64,000 nt of DNA from a virus. The stretch is from IMG/VR virus record IMGVR_UViG_3300037044_000228, positions 35,650-99,649 of that record, one strand, 5' to 3'. Both the position numbers and the translations under genes were made by a program. The stretch's first letter is position 1. Each line of letters opens with the position of its first letter. The notes below the pieces were generated by a model, which saw only the letters and a program-made list of their open reading frames with translations, had not been told where the DNA came from and searched no databases. Below, piece by piece: positions 54,146 to 63,284 of the stretch.

Positions 54146-55798
54146 TCAGGCGGCGCGTTCGATCGCAAGCTCTGGGCAGTTCGCCGAGACCAGAGCATCG
54201 GCGAGATCGGGGCACACGCTGTTGCCACAGAGACGGCCTTGCGCGGTTTTTGTCAGCGGCGAGCCATCGGCGCGGCGATCGATGATGTACGTTTCCGGGA
54301 AACCCTGGGCCCGGAAGCGCTCGCGCGGCGTGAGCATGCGCATGCCGATGTCCACGATCTGATAGATCACTCCGCCGATCGTCACGATGCCGGCGGTGGC
54401 GGGATCGGCGCCGCAGCGTGCGACCATGAACGCGCGCACTTCGGCGACATGCTGCCCGCCGGCGCAGATGGTCGGCATGGGCGTGTCGACGGGCCAGCCG
54501 CCGCGGTTGTCGCTGCCCTTCATGTTCAACAGCGTGGCGGCGACGATCGCTTGGTGCGTGGGAACGCTTGTCTGCGTCGAGAGCGGCTTGCGCGCGTCGC
54601 GGCCGATCACGCCGGTATTGTGCTGCGCGAGGAAGGCGGCGACGACGGCGTGCGTGTTCGCGTTGGTCTGCGTGCCGATGGGATCGTCGACCGGATACTC
54701 GCGGCGTCCGCCGCTGTAGCCGTGCGCGACGCTCACAAGGTAGGGCGTCACCAGCGATGCGCCGTTGCCTGTCGGCACGACCGTCGCCATTGGCGCGTCT
54801 GCCGGCGCCGTTCGAGGGTCTTGACGGGCGCGCTCGCCATAGCGCGGAACGAGGAACGGCGTCACGAGCGCGTGCTCGCCCCGGTTGGCGGTGGTCTGCG
54901 TGCGCATCGGCTCATCTATCGAGTGCACGCGCGCATCGCCTTGATGCGTCACGGGGACGATGAAGGGCTTGGCGGCGTCGATCACATAGCGCTGCACGCC
55001 GCGCGCGATGCGTTCCATGGTGGCGTCAACCAGCGGGCGATTCACGCCGAGCGCGCGGCCCTGTTCTCGGGTGAGAAAGATCGAGGGGCAGGGCAGCGAC
55101 CAGTCGATGCACTCGGCCGCGGTGCGCCATGGCAGCTTGCGCCCGGCGATCACTTCGCGATCCGTCGGCGCGCCATGCGTCGGCGTGGGCCAGACGATCG
55201 GGGCGCCGTCGCGCCGGGCGATGAGAAACAAGCGCTTGCGGATCGTGGGCGCGCCATAGTCGCACGCACGGAGCTCGCGCCAGTCGACTTTGTAGCCCAG
55301 CCTGCGCAGTTGCTTGACGAACGAGACGAACGTTTCGCCCGCGCGATCTGGGCAGGGCGTGCCATCCAGCAGCACCGGCCCCCATGTCTGAAACTCTTCG
55401 ACGTTCTCAAGCATGATGACGCGCGGGCGTGCGCGCTTGGCCCAGACAAGGCCGACCCATGCGAGATCTCTGATGTTGCGCGCTACCGGCGCTGCGCCCT
55501 TGGCCTTCGAGAAGTGCTTGCAGTCCGGCGAGAGCCAGAGCAGCCCGACGGCGCGACCCTGGACGTAGTCGAGGGGATCGACCTGCCACACATTGCGCTG
55601 CAGGTGCATCGTCGTGGGGTGGTTGACGGCGTGGCAGGCGAGGGCGTCGTCGTCGTGGTTCACGGCGATGTCTGGCGAGCGGTTGAGCGCGCGCTCGATG
55701 CCGGTGGACGCGCCGCCGCCGCCGGCGAAGAGGTCGACGATCAACTCGGCGTGCGGCGCGAAACGCGCAGGCTGCGGTAAGGCGATGGCGCTATCCAT
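54146..55798 (-). CDS. dcm: DNA (cytosine-5) methyltransferase
   Basis: DLFAGGGG, SPDCKHFS, ENV, YGAPTIRKR, RMLTPRE..AQGFP, GNSVCP. Confidence 0.95.
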   Translation of the reverse strand: MDSAIALPQPARFAPHAELIVDLFAGGGGASTGIERALNRSPDIAVNHDDDALACHAVNHPTTMHLQRNVWQVDPLDYVQGRAVGLLWLSPDCKHFSKAKGAAPVARNIRDLAWVGLVWAKRARPRVIMLENVEEFQTWGPVLLDGTPCPDRAGETFVSFVKQLRRLGYKVDWRELRACDYGAPTIRKRLFLIARRDGAPIVWPTPTHGAPTDREVIAGRKLPWRTAAECIDWSLPCPSIFLTREQGRALGVNRPLVDATMERIARGVQRYVIDAAKPFIVPVTHQGDARVHSIDEPMRTQTTANRGEHALVTPFLVPRYGERARQDPRTAPADAPMATVVPTGNGASLVTPYLVSVAHGYSGGRREYPVDDPIGTQTNANTHAVVAAFLAQHNTGVIGRDARKPLSTQTSVPTHQAIVAATLLNMKGSDNRGGWPVDTPMPTICAGGQHVAEVRAFMVARCGADPATAGIVTIGGVIYQIVDIGMRMLTPRERFRAQGFPETYIIDRRADGSPLTKTAQGRLCGNSVCPDLADALVSANCPELAIERAA

Positions 55799-56436
55799 TA
55801 GGCTGCTTGCTCCCGTGTCGCGCGCCCGGTGACGCGCATGTCCCACTCATGAAACCGCTGCATGTGATCGCGCATCGCGTCGGTAACGGCAGGCAGCGTT
55901 TCGTCGGGCGTTCGATTCTGCCGCTCGCGCGCGGGCTTAACGTCAAGCAATCGCCACATGAGCCGACGGCTGTCCGGATCGTCGTAGCGATAGACTTCTG
56001 TGCCGAGATCGGGCCGCAGATAGAACCACTGCGACTTGCGGTTCTCGGGCATCGGGTGGCGGCAGGTGTAGCGCGGGAAGTAGCGCGAGCCGGTTTCATC
56101 GAAGGGCGATGTGAACACGGTCTGATTGTTCAAGAGCCAGTCATCGAACGGGCGGTCGGCGCTGGCGCGCATACGCTCGGAATAGCCCGGCGTGTCGGGA
56201 GTCCGGTTCTCATAGTCGCGGCAGAACTTGTAGAGCGACCACAGCCGGTCGAGTGGTCGGCGCACAAGCCCGACGCGCCGCCAGCGGTCGTAGCCCTGCG
56301 GCACGCCATCGGCTTCCATGTGGCGATAGATCTGCATCGCATCGGGCCAGCGCTCGCGCAGGGCGTGGCGCAGACTGCTGCTGCCGGTGCGCGGCGTGAG
56401 GATGACGACTGTTTCGATGGAGGGGAGCAGGATCAT
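55798..56436 (-). CDS. sulfotransferase-family protein
   Basis: TPRTGSSS (5'-PSB-like) and RRPLDRLWSLY (3'-PB-like). Confidence 0.7.
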   Translation of the reverse strand: MILLPSIETVVILTPRTGSSSLRHALRERWPDAMQIYRHMEADGVPQGYDRWRRVGLVRRPLDRLWSLYKFCRDYENRTPDTPGYSERMRASADRPFDDWLLNNQTVFTSPFDETGSRYFPRYTCRHPMPENRKSQWFYLRPDLGTEVYRYDDPDSRRLMWRLLDVKPARERQNRTPDETLPAVTDAMRDHMQRFHEWDMRVTGRATREQAA

Positions 56437-56834
56437 GCGAGATCTACTTTCACCGCCCGGACGTCGGCGGGGATCATCAATCGAATGCGATCATTGCTCG
56501 CGCGCAGCTGATTGGCGGCGTAGGCGCGTGACTCGCGCAGGTTGACGCCGGCGCGGTCCAGGTCGGCGGCACGCGCAGCGTTCGCGGCCATTGCAAGCTG
56601 CAGTCCTGCCGCGACGCCATCGCCCTCCAACGCGGCGGACGCCAGCGCGAAAAGCGCCAGATCGCGCCGGTACTTTTCGGCGAAGTGCGCGCTTCCGTGT
56701 GCGATCTCGGGGTTCGGCGAGTCCAGGTTGCCTTCTGTGCGTGCGAGCGCGCGGCGCGTGCGGATCGTCTCGTGTTCGATGAAGGTCCGCAGGCGCGCGA
56801 TTTCTTCAGGAGAGGCGGGGAGATGTTCACTCAT
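56433..56834 (-). CDS. hypothetical protein
   Basis: ATGA-coupled ORF. Confidence 0.6.
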   Translation of the reverse strand: MSEHLPASPEEIARLRTFIEHETIRTRRALARTEGNLDSPNPEIAHGSAHFAEKYRRDLALFALASAALEGDGVAAGLQLAMAANAARAADLDRAGVNLRESRAYAANQLRASNDRIRLMIPADVRAVKVDLA

Positions 56835-57106
56835 GCCGGCACCGCCTGCATGGGATCCTCGACGATGAGTTCGTCGACGTCTTCAACGGTGACGTCGCCG
56901 TTTGATTGCCAGTCGATCGAGAGGTTGTCCGTTGGACCCTGCCACTCGTTGGCGATGACGCCCGCCGCCTTGGCGCAGGGATCATCGTCGCCTGAGAAGG
57001 CATGCGCGAGCGCGACCTTTTCGGCGGCATCGCCATCGGGCGCTTCGACGATGACGCCGAACGTCACCGGGACCATCGTCGTGAGGCGGACTTCAAACTG
57101 CGCCAT
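56831..57106 (-). CDS. small acidic hypothetical protein
   Basis: TAATG-coupled ORF. Confidence 0.6.
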   Translation of the reverse strand: MAQFEVRLTTMVPVTFGVIVEAPDGDAAEKVALAHAFSGDDDPCAKAAGVIANEWQGPTDNLSIDWQSNGDVTVEDVDELIVEDPMQAVPA

Positions 57107-57597
57107 TACACGCCTCCCGCGGCTTGCTCGGCGGCGGGCGCATCGGGTGCGGCCGGCGTGGCGCCTTCGTCACCCCAGATAACGACGGTGGCGGTTTCGT
57201 CCGAATTCTTGTGATAGAACTCGAGCGACACCGTTTCGAAGCGCGTTACCGCGACCTGCAGGCCTTCTGCGCCCCAATAGCGGTAGAGCGTGGCGGCGGT
57301 GCGTGTGGGGGCGACTTCTTCTTCAATACCGAGCGCACACTCGATATCGCCGCGCAGTTCTTTGCTGACCTCCATGTCGGCGACCGCGAAGGCATCACAG
57401 ATGTCGTGGTCTTTCGTTTCGGTGAGCACGTCGAACACGTCGTCGCCGTCGAGGCGGACTTCGGCGAGATCCGGGAAGGCGGCGAACGCCGACCTCGCCT
57501 TCGCGACTGCGGCGTTGAGCGCATCGCGATCGATGCGAACCCAATTCGTCAGGTCGGTTTCTCTGTTCCAAGTGACGGCGAGCAGTAGCGGCTTCAT
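57106..57597 (-). CDS. hypothetical protein
   Basis: AGGAG RBS before MKPLLL. Confidence 0.6.
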   Translation of the reverse strand: MKPLLLAVTWNRETDLTNWVRIDRDALNAAVAKARSAFAAFPDLAEVRLDGDDVFDVLTETKDHDICDAFAVADMEVSKELRGDIECALGIEEEVAPTRTAATLYRYWGAEGLQVAVTRFETVSLEFYHKNSDETATVVIWGDEGATPAAPDAPAAEQAAGGV

Positions 57598-57649
57598 GGT
57601 GGTTCTCCTGTGGTGGCTGGGTGGTGGGGTGATGATGTCTCGCGCGCGG

Positions 57650-57982
57650 CTACCAGCGCTCGCCTTCGAGCCACGCGTAGAACGTCTCGGGGAACGCAAC
57701 GCCCTTCGGATATTCCTTCGACGGGCGGCAGGGGCGGGCGCCGGCTCTGTTCGCCTGCATCCACGCCTGCCATTCCTTGAACTTTGGGTGCGCCATGATC
57801 GCGCGATCGCGCGCCTCACGTTCGCCGGCGGAGCGCCAGCTGGCGAAGCTCATTGCCTCGACCAGCAGCACGTTCATCGCCGATCGATACAGCTGATATT
57901 GCGGAAACAACGGGTTGTTGCGATCGGCTTCACTTATGTGCGGCTGGATCGGCGGCAGCGCGGCTTTGCTTATCGTGACCAT
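57650..57982 (-). CDS. hypothetical protein
   Basis: GGAGG RBS; FPETFYAWLEG..W C-terminus. Confidence 0.6.
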   Translation of the reverse strand: MVTISKAALPPIQPHISEADRNNPLFPQYQLYRSAMNVLLVEAMSFASWRSAGEREARDRAIMAHPKFKEWQAWMQANRAGARPCRPSKEYPKGVAFPETFYAWLEGERW

Positions 57983-57993
57983 GATCGCCTCCC

Positions 57994-58599
57994 TCACGCT
58001 GCGGCTTGGGTGAGGGAGGGCGTGTTGCGCGCCAGCGCGATGACGACGCGGTCGGCTTCCTTGCCGAACTGTTCGAACGTCGGGTCGGCGCCGTAGCTGG
58101 TGATGCCGTAGCAAATCCGGATCGGGTCGACGGCGCGCAGGGCGGCGAAGCGATCTTCTTCCGAGAGCGTCGCGAAGCCCGCCTTCACCGAGGCGACGAA
58201 GGCGTCGGTCAGGTTGCGGCTGCAGGAGATGTAGTCGGCGCCGAACGAGACGCGCTCTGCGCCGGGGCAGGGCGGGGCGTTCTCTTCCGACGGGCGCACG
58301 CCCATGCTGCCGAGCGTGCCGCGATCGCGCGCGACGATGGCGTCGCCGTTGGGCAGCAGCCAGTGATCGACGGAGGTTTTAAGGTCGATCATGCCATCGA
58401 AGCGCGCGCTGGCGTATTGTTGCGCGACGGCTTCAACGTCCTTCCATACCGGACCGTCATTCCAGCGGATGTCGATCGAGGCGCCACCGGCATAGGTCGA
58501 CGAGCGCACGGAAAAGGTGGTGGCCGGGAAAGCCTTCTTGAGTGCGGCGCGGACCAGCTTGGCGGTGTTCGCGCAGGAGATGTAGCGGCGGTCGGTCAT
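57994..58599 (-). CDS. LPD29-like domain protein
   Basis: TAKLVRAALKKAFP..FSVRS..YAGGASIDIRWNDGP...FDGMIDLK. Confidence 0.75.
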   Translation of the reverse strand: MTDRRYISCANTAKLVRAALKKAFPATTFSVRSSTYAGGASIDIRWNDGPVWKDVEAVAQQYASARFDGMIDLKTSVDHWLLPNGDAIVARDRGTLGSMGVRPSEENAPPCPGAERVSFGADYISCSRNLTDAFVASVKAGFATLSEEDRFAALRAVDPIRICYGITSYGADPTFEQFGKEADRVVIALARNTPSLTQAAA

Positions 58600-58640
58600 G
58601 TGGCGGCTCCGGTGGTGGGCGGTGCGTTGCTGATGACCTG

Positions 58641-58685
58641 AAACTAGGGCTATACTTGACGGGGTGCAAGCGAAAAATGCCTCAC
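58641..58685 (-). promoter_or_regulatory. repeated promoter TTGCAC-N17-TAGTTT with GTATAGCCC box
   Basis: Copy of the repeat family. Confidence 0.8.
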
Positions 58686-58705
58686 GCCCGCACAAAGTTT
58701 GCCCG

Positions 58706-58978
58706 TCACGACCACGGCAGCGGATGGGGATAATGGCGCACGGCGAGGCTTTCGTCGGGCAGCGGCGGCACGTCGATCGCGGCGACATGGATCTTGGCGG
58801 TCGGGTCGCCGTCCAGGCACAGGCCCAGGATCGCCCCGTCGCTCGCGCGCACCGCCAGCGACGGCGTGCATTCCGATACCCAGCGCATGAGCAGCGCGCG
58901 GACTTGGCGCTTACGCGCGGCGTTCGCTTCGTCGAGGGCGGCGCGGTTCACAGCGTCAAGGGCGTAGGAGAAGCGCAC
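58706..58978 (-). CDS. hypothetical protein
   Basis: 90-aa ORF, GAGG RBS. Confidence 0.5.
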   Translation of the reverse strand: MRFSYALDAVNRAALDEANAARKRQVRALLMRWVSECTPSLAVRASDGAILGLCLDGDPTAKIHVAAIDVPPLPDESLAVRHYPHPLPWS

Positions 58979-58987
58979 GCTATCGCC

Positions 58988-59248
58988 TCACTTGCCCTTC
59001 GGCGCGGGCGGCGATCGCGGTTTGAGGTACGCCGTCTCAAGACTTTCCAGCGCGTTCAACACCTGTTCGATCTGTCGGCGGGGCAGCTTCGTCGCGTCGT
59101 GGATCAAGAGGATGATCGTGCTCCGCTTCAACGGCGATGCTGCGAGGTGCTTCATGGCGGCGGCGATATCGACGATCGCCTGCGCCATGATCTCCGACGC
59201 AGGCATCGGCTCGCCCGGCTTCGTTGTCACTTTCGGCGTTTGCGCCAT
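58988..59248 (-). CDS. hypothetical protein
   Basis: AAGGA RBS before MAQTPK. Confidence 0.6.
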   Translation of the reverse strand: MAQTPKVTTKPGEPMPASEIMAQAIVDIAAAMKHLAASPLKRSTIILLIHDATKLPRRQIEQVLNALESLETAYLKPRSPPAPKGK

Positions 59249-59249
59249 G

Positions 59250-59435
59250 TCATTGTCCTTCCCAGATGACCGCGTCGGCGCGGCCTGTGAAGACGAGCCA
59301 GGCGGCGTGCAGCCGCTCCCAGATCGTCGGGCATGAAGCGGGGCGGGCAGGCGCCCAGCGCCCGCCCAGATCAACCCACGCGGCGGGATGCGCGATCTCG
59401 GACGCCCGCATGACGTTGGGGTGGTCGCGCTTCAT
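59250..59435 (-). CDS. small phage protein
   Basis: WAPARP...RLHAAWLVFTGRADAVIW. Confidence 0.65.
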   Translation of the reverse strand: MKRDHPNVMRASEIAHPAAWVDLGGRWAPARPASCPTIWERLHAAWLVFTGRADAVIWEGQ

Positions 59436-60142
59436 GCGCGCGGGCTCTCGGCGTTGTGCTTGGCGTCTGCTTCGGCGCGGTTGAGGCGCGCGAGCTCGGC
59501 GATGATGAGCGCGCCGGCGCGTTCGAGATCACGGCGCGCGGTGTTGGGCTTCCACCATTGCGCCTCCCACGGCCAGTGCATCGGCAGCTGACCCGACACG
59601 CGCAGCCGCGCCGATGGCGGCAGACTCGCGTGGAAGCTGTAGGCTGCGGCCGCACGCGCGAGCTCGCCGTCGGCGTAACGGTCGTCATGCGCGTCGCTGT
59701 AGCCTTCGCGCGTGGTGTGCGCGGCGCGTTCGCGCAGCACGGCCATGGCGGCGGCGGTCTCGGGATCCGACTCGTCGAGGGCGTCGAGCGCCTTGAGCGC
59801 ATCGCCCGCGATCGTGCGCGCGACGTCGAGATGAAGCGGGCTATCTTCGGTCTCGCCACGCACGCGGCCAGTGGCGATCATCTCGAGCGCTTGGCGCGTC
59901 ATGCGCAGCGTGATCGCCATGGCGGCGGGATCTAGCCCGGGCGCTTCGATAACCTGGCGCGTGACGCCGTCGATGTGGTCTGCCAGGCGCGCGCGTGCAG
60001 CCTGCAGATCATTGACGATTGCGGTGAGCTCTGGATGCGCGCCGATATCTTCGACCGCCAGCATGGCGTTACGGATCGCGTGCTCTTCTGGCGTCATCTT
60101 GTCGAGGCATGCGCGACGTGGCGCGGGGATTTCGTCTCTCAT
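59432..60142 (-). CDS. two-domain phage hypothetical protein
   Basis: TPEEHAIRNAMLAVEDIGAHPELT and HDD...GELARAAAAY...WPW...WWKP..RRDLERAGALIIAE. Confidence 0.7.
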   Translation of the reverse strand: MRDEIPAPRRACLDKMTPEEHAIRNAMLAVEDIGAHPELTAIVNDLQAARARLADHIDGVTRQVIEAPGLDPAAMAITLRMTRQALEMIATGRVRGETEDSPLHLDVARTIAGDALKALDALDESDPETAAAMAVLRERAAHTTREGYSDAHDDRYADGELARAAAAYSFHASLPPSARLRVSGQLPMHWPWEAQWWKPNTARRDLERAGALIIAELARLNRAEADAKHNAESPRA

Positions 60143-60654
60143 TGTGGTGGTCTCCATGGAACTAGCGGGGTGCTGTAGGCGAGCATCAAGGGGTGGCGCG
60201 GATGGCCGTCTTGCGACGTGCCCCAGCACTGCAGTTCGACGCCACGGCGCTCGGCGATGGCGACGACGTCGCGCCAGCGCGTGCGCAGCGTGTTCGGCAG
60301 CTTCGCGAGCGCGCCCCAGCCGACGATGTGCAGGTCGGCGTCAAGGAACGCCTGCTCAATGCGCGCGTCATTGAAGTGGCCGATCGGATCTGCGGCGGTC
60401 TTGAGCTCGTCGACTTCGGTGGCGCGATACGCGAACTCGTTGACGACGATCCAGCGCGAGATGTTGAGGGGCGCGCCGAAGCCGTAGAGCTTGACGATGG
60501 TGTGATCGTCGACCTTGGCGTCGGCTTTCGAGGGGTTTACGCCGCAGAAGACGGCGGTGCGACCGGGGCGACCGTTGTCGCGCTCGAGCCGCCAGCGAAA
60601 CAAGCCGCACGACGAAATGTCTGCGTTACGCCGGTAGAGCAGATCAGTTGCCAT
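60139..60654 (-). CDS. DUF1643 family protein
   Basis: ISSCGLFRWRL...NPSKAD...DDHT...VVNEFAYRAT...GWG...GHPRHPL. Confidence 0.85.
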   Translation of the reverse strand: MATDLLYRRNADISSCGLFRWRLERDNGRPGRTAVFCGVNPSKADAKVDDHTIVKLYGFGAPLNISRWIVVNEFAYRATEVDELKTAADPIGHFNDARIEQAFLDADLHIVGWGALAKLPNTLRTRWRDVVAIAERRGVELQCWGTSQDGHPRHPLMLAYSTPLVPWRPPQ

Positions 60655-61195
60655 AGTCGACCGCCACGATGCGGCCTTCGAACACGCCGAAGCTGTCTTC
60701 CTTGCACTCGACCGGGATGATGTAGTCGGCGTCGAGGGTGAGCCACGGGACTGCGCCGTGCGCGAAGGGCTTCATCTCGATCGGCGCCGTCGCCAGTTCG
60801 GCAGCGGTGAGCGGACGCGCACGCGACATGACCACAAGCCAGCCGCCCGGAATCGAGAAGCGGATCGGGCAGAACTCGGGCCAGCCGGTCGCCGCAAACT
60901 GCCGCTCCTGCATGTTCGCGAGCAAGCCTTGCAGGAAACATTTCCAGCCATAGGTCAGCTTTGGCAGCTTGAACGCGAGCGATCCCACGAGGAAGACGTC
61001 GCGCGTGACGCCGGTGCGGACCCACTGAAAGTTCGAGGGCGTTTTCAGCGGCGCGGGGCGATGCAAGATCACGCTCGTTTCAACGTCGTCATCGATGACG
61101 ACGTCCACGTTTTGCCAACCCGCTTCGTGTCGCGGGTCTCGCGCGATCGCCGCCCATGTAGCGCCGTTCATGAGGACCGTGTGGCGCTCCTTCAT
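60644..61195 (-). CDS. minimal protein-kinase-like protein
   Basis: GVTRDVF..AFKLP, ANMQE, LVVM, ECKEDSFG, IVAVDYG. Confidence 0.55.
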   Translation of the reverse strand: MKERHTVLMNGATWAAIARDPRHEAGWQNVDVVIDDDVETSVILHRPAPLKTPSNFQWVRTGVTRDVFLVGSLAFKLPKLTYGWKCFLQGLLANMQERQFAATGWPEFCPIRFSIPGGWLVVMSRARPLTAAELATAPIEMKPFAHGAVPWLTLDADYIIPVECKEDSFGVFEGRIVAVDYGN

Positions 61196-61641
61196 CGGAC
61201 GCTCACCCATTGATCCTTGCCGCCAACCGGGCCGCGTTTCGATTTGCCTTGGGCGCGCTCGCGGTCCGCGACTTTCAGGATTTCGAGCCGCGCGCAGGCC
61301 GCGCACATGAGATAGGTCGCACGGTCGAGGGCTTTAAGGCGGCGGTTCTCGTAGGTTCCGCACGCGCACTTCACGACCCATGTGAGCCGGGTGTTCTTCG
61401 CGCGGTTCTCCGGCTCGAAGATGCCGATGCAACGCAGGCGACCGAACGTCTTGCCGGTGAGGTTGGGGCCGTCGCCTGACCATGGGCGCATCGGCAGCGG
61501 GACGTCGGAATGGGCGACATGCGCCGGCATAGTGCGCGTGGGCGCCGCTTCTCGGCCTTGCGCGACGACGATCGCGGCGTCTCGGTTCAACGGCTCGGCG
61601 GCGGCGAGCGCGTCCCAATTCGTGGCGAGGCGGGCGCTCAT
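61192..61641 (-). CDS. hypothetical protein with NLTGKTFGRL / CxCG motif
   Basis: NLTGKTFGRL...WVVKCACG, reminiscent of endonuclease-associated DNA-binding modules. Confidence 0.6.
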   Translation of the reverse strand: MSARLATNWDALAAAEPLNRDAAIVVAQGREAAPTRTMPAHVAHSDVPLPMRPWSGDGPNLTGKTFGRLRCIGIFEPENRAKNTRLTWVVKCACGTYENRRLKALDRATYLMCAACARLEILKVADRERAQGKSKRGPVGGKDQWVSVR

Positions 61642-62129
61642 TGCGTCATGTTCCGGAGGTTGTTGAGCAGATGCCCGACACGCGCCCACGCGGGGCCGTC
61701 GAACGGCATGTCTGGCAGGAAGCCGTCGCCGAACATCAGCGGTTGGCGCGGCGAGACATCGCCGGCGAGGCGCATCAACAACGCCGCTTCGTGCACCGGC
61801 AGGTTGCGCGTCGCCGCCCAGAGCACAAGCGTGGCGATCTCGCACGCCATCGCGGCCTGCTCAGAGAGTGCGCGCGGCGCGTGCACGGCGGCGCCCGCAT
61901 CGCTTGGGGCATACTTCTTCGCGAGATCGCGCAGGCGATCCTTCGCCGCGATTGCGTTGCCGGAGCCGCCGACCCGGAAGTCCAGCGCCTGCTCTATGCG
62001 TTCGCGGATGGCGTCGGCGTCGGCGCCCATGCCGTGCATCTCGTCGATGCTTTCGACTTCCATGAGGAAGTCGAGCGACGGGTCAGTGTCGTGACCGAAG
62101 CGGCCCATCTTGAGGGTGTCTGCAGGCAT
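61638..62129 (-). CDS. hypothetical protein
   Basis: GGAG RBS before MPADTL. Confidence 0.6.
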   Translation of the reverse strand: MPADTLKMGRFGHDTDPSLDFLMEVESIDEMHGMGADADAIRERIEQALDFRVGGSGNAIAAKDRLRDLAKKYAPSDAGAAVHAPRALSEQAAMACEIATLVLWAATRNLPVHEAALLMRLAGDVSPRQPLMFGDGFLPDMPFDGPAWARVGHLLNNLRNMTQ

Positions 62130-62155
62130 GGGTTTCTCCGAGGGGCGGGTTGGCG

Positions 62156-62335
62156 TCACTGGCCGCGTTCTTTCGCGGCCGCGTCCAGCGCACGCTTGCC
62201 GTTGATGTAGCGCAGCTGGCCGGCGCGACGCTTGGCGTCGAACGCCTTGCGCTCGGCGGGCGTCATGCTGTCCCACCACTGCTTCTGTTTCTGGCGGCGC
62301 TGCTCGGTGAGCGCGGGATCGACGGGCTTCGTCAT
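62156..62335 (-). CDS. small basic hypothetical protein
   Basis: WWDSMTPAER; ATGA coupling. Confidence 0.5.
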   Translation of the reverse strand: MTKPVDPALTEQRRQKQKQWWDSMTPAERKAFDAKRRAGQLRYINGKRALDAAAKERGQ

Positions 62336-62850
62336 GCCGCGACCTGCCGGCGTATCGGCGCGCGCTTGGCCCAATCCTGCAGATCCAGCGCCAGTCTGAT
62401 GAAGCGCAGGCGCGCATCGATCTCACTGTAGCGTTCGGCGGCGTCGAGGACGACGGCGGTCCACAAACAAGGGTGCTCGTAGCCTTGGCGGGTGAGCCAG
62501 TGCGGGCGGTGGACGTTCAACGGCAGGATCGTCCCGGGCGGTTGCTCCTCCGGGAGATCCTCCACGGCGCTCCACACGCGGCTGTGCTTGCTGCGCAGCA
62601 CGAGCAGGTGCGACCACTCCGGAAACGAGGGGTCGGTGTGCACCGGCACTTCGCGCCAGGTGCTGATGAAGGTGACGGGGCCGACCTTCTCCATCGCGGC
62701 GCCGCCTTCGTCGCCGTACTCGGACCAGCAGTCGAAGCCACGCTCGCCGATGGCGGCGTCGCGCGGGATATGGGCTCGCCGAACGAGCAGCTTCATCGCC
62801 GCCCAGAAGATCGGCACAAGATCGGCGTGGGCGCCTTGCGGTCTAGCCAT
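62332..62850 (-). CDS. putative 2OG-Fe(II) oxygenase/cupin-like protein
   Basis: VPVHTD...GTILPLNVHRPH (HxD...H). Confidence 0.5.
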   Translation of the reverse strand: MARPQGAHADLVPIFWAAMKLLVRRAHIPRDAAIGERGFDCWSEYGDEGGAAMEKVGPVTFISTWREVPVHTDPSFPEWSHLLVLRSKHSRVWSAVEDLPEEQPPGTILPLNVHRPHWLTRQGYEHPCLWTAVVLDAAERYSEIDARLRFIRLALDLQDWAKRAPIRRQVAA

Positions 62851-63055
62851 CGGCGCGGCCCCGCAGTTCGTCGCCTTCGACGGATGCCGGCGCAGGCGCG
62901 TCGTCGTCGCGAGGCTCGCGCCAGCCATACGCCTTGAAGCTCTCGAAAATCGCATCCAGAGCGACGTCCAGATCGCGCGGGCCGGGTAGGCCGTCCTTGG
63001 CGATGGTGGTGAGCACGTCGGCGACGTCGTCGCGCAGCTGTTCGCTATCGGCCAT
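62843..63055 (-). CDS. small acidic hypothetical protein
   Basis: Overlap-coupled ORF. Confidence 0.5.
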   Translation of the reverse strand: MADSEQLRDDVADVLTTIAKDGLPGPRDLDVALDAIFESFKAYGWREPRDDDAPAPASVEGDELRGRADG

Positions 63056-63284
63056 TGCGCAGCGCCTTGAATGCGGCACGCTCTGCAGCGCGACGCTGTT
63101 GACGGGTTTGCGGCGTCGTCTGCACGATTTTCCCCGTGGCGGGTGCGTCCGGCGTTTCCGGATCGCGCGGCTCTGGCGGCGCAGCGTCTGTGACGGCTGT
63201 CGCCTGCGCAGCCATGGCGAACGCGTTCGCGGCCACCAGCGCGAGCATTAAGCCGCCTCTATGGCCGCGCACCATGCCGATCAC
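63045..63284 (-). CDS. small hypothetical protein
   Basis: Overlap-coupled; TRQQRRAAERA. Confidence 0.45.
   Translation of the reverse strand: MIGMVRGHRGGLMLALVAANAFAMAAQATAVTDAAPPEPRDPETPDAPATGKIVQTTPQTRQQRRAAERAAFKALRNGR

Noticed and set aside
61192-61641. HNH homing endonuclease
   Set aside because: Only the N-terminal-type motif is visible; no HNH catalytic motif.
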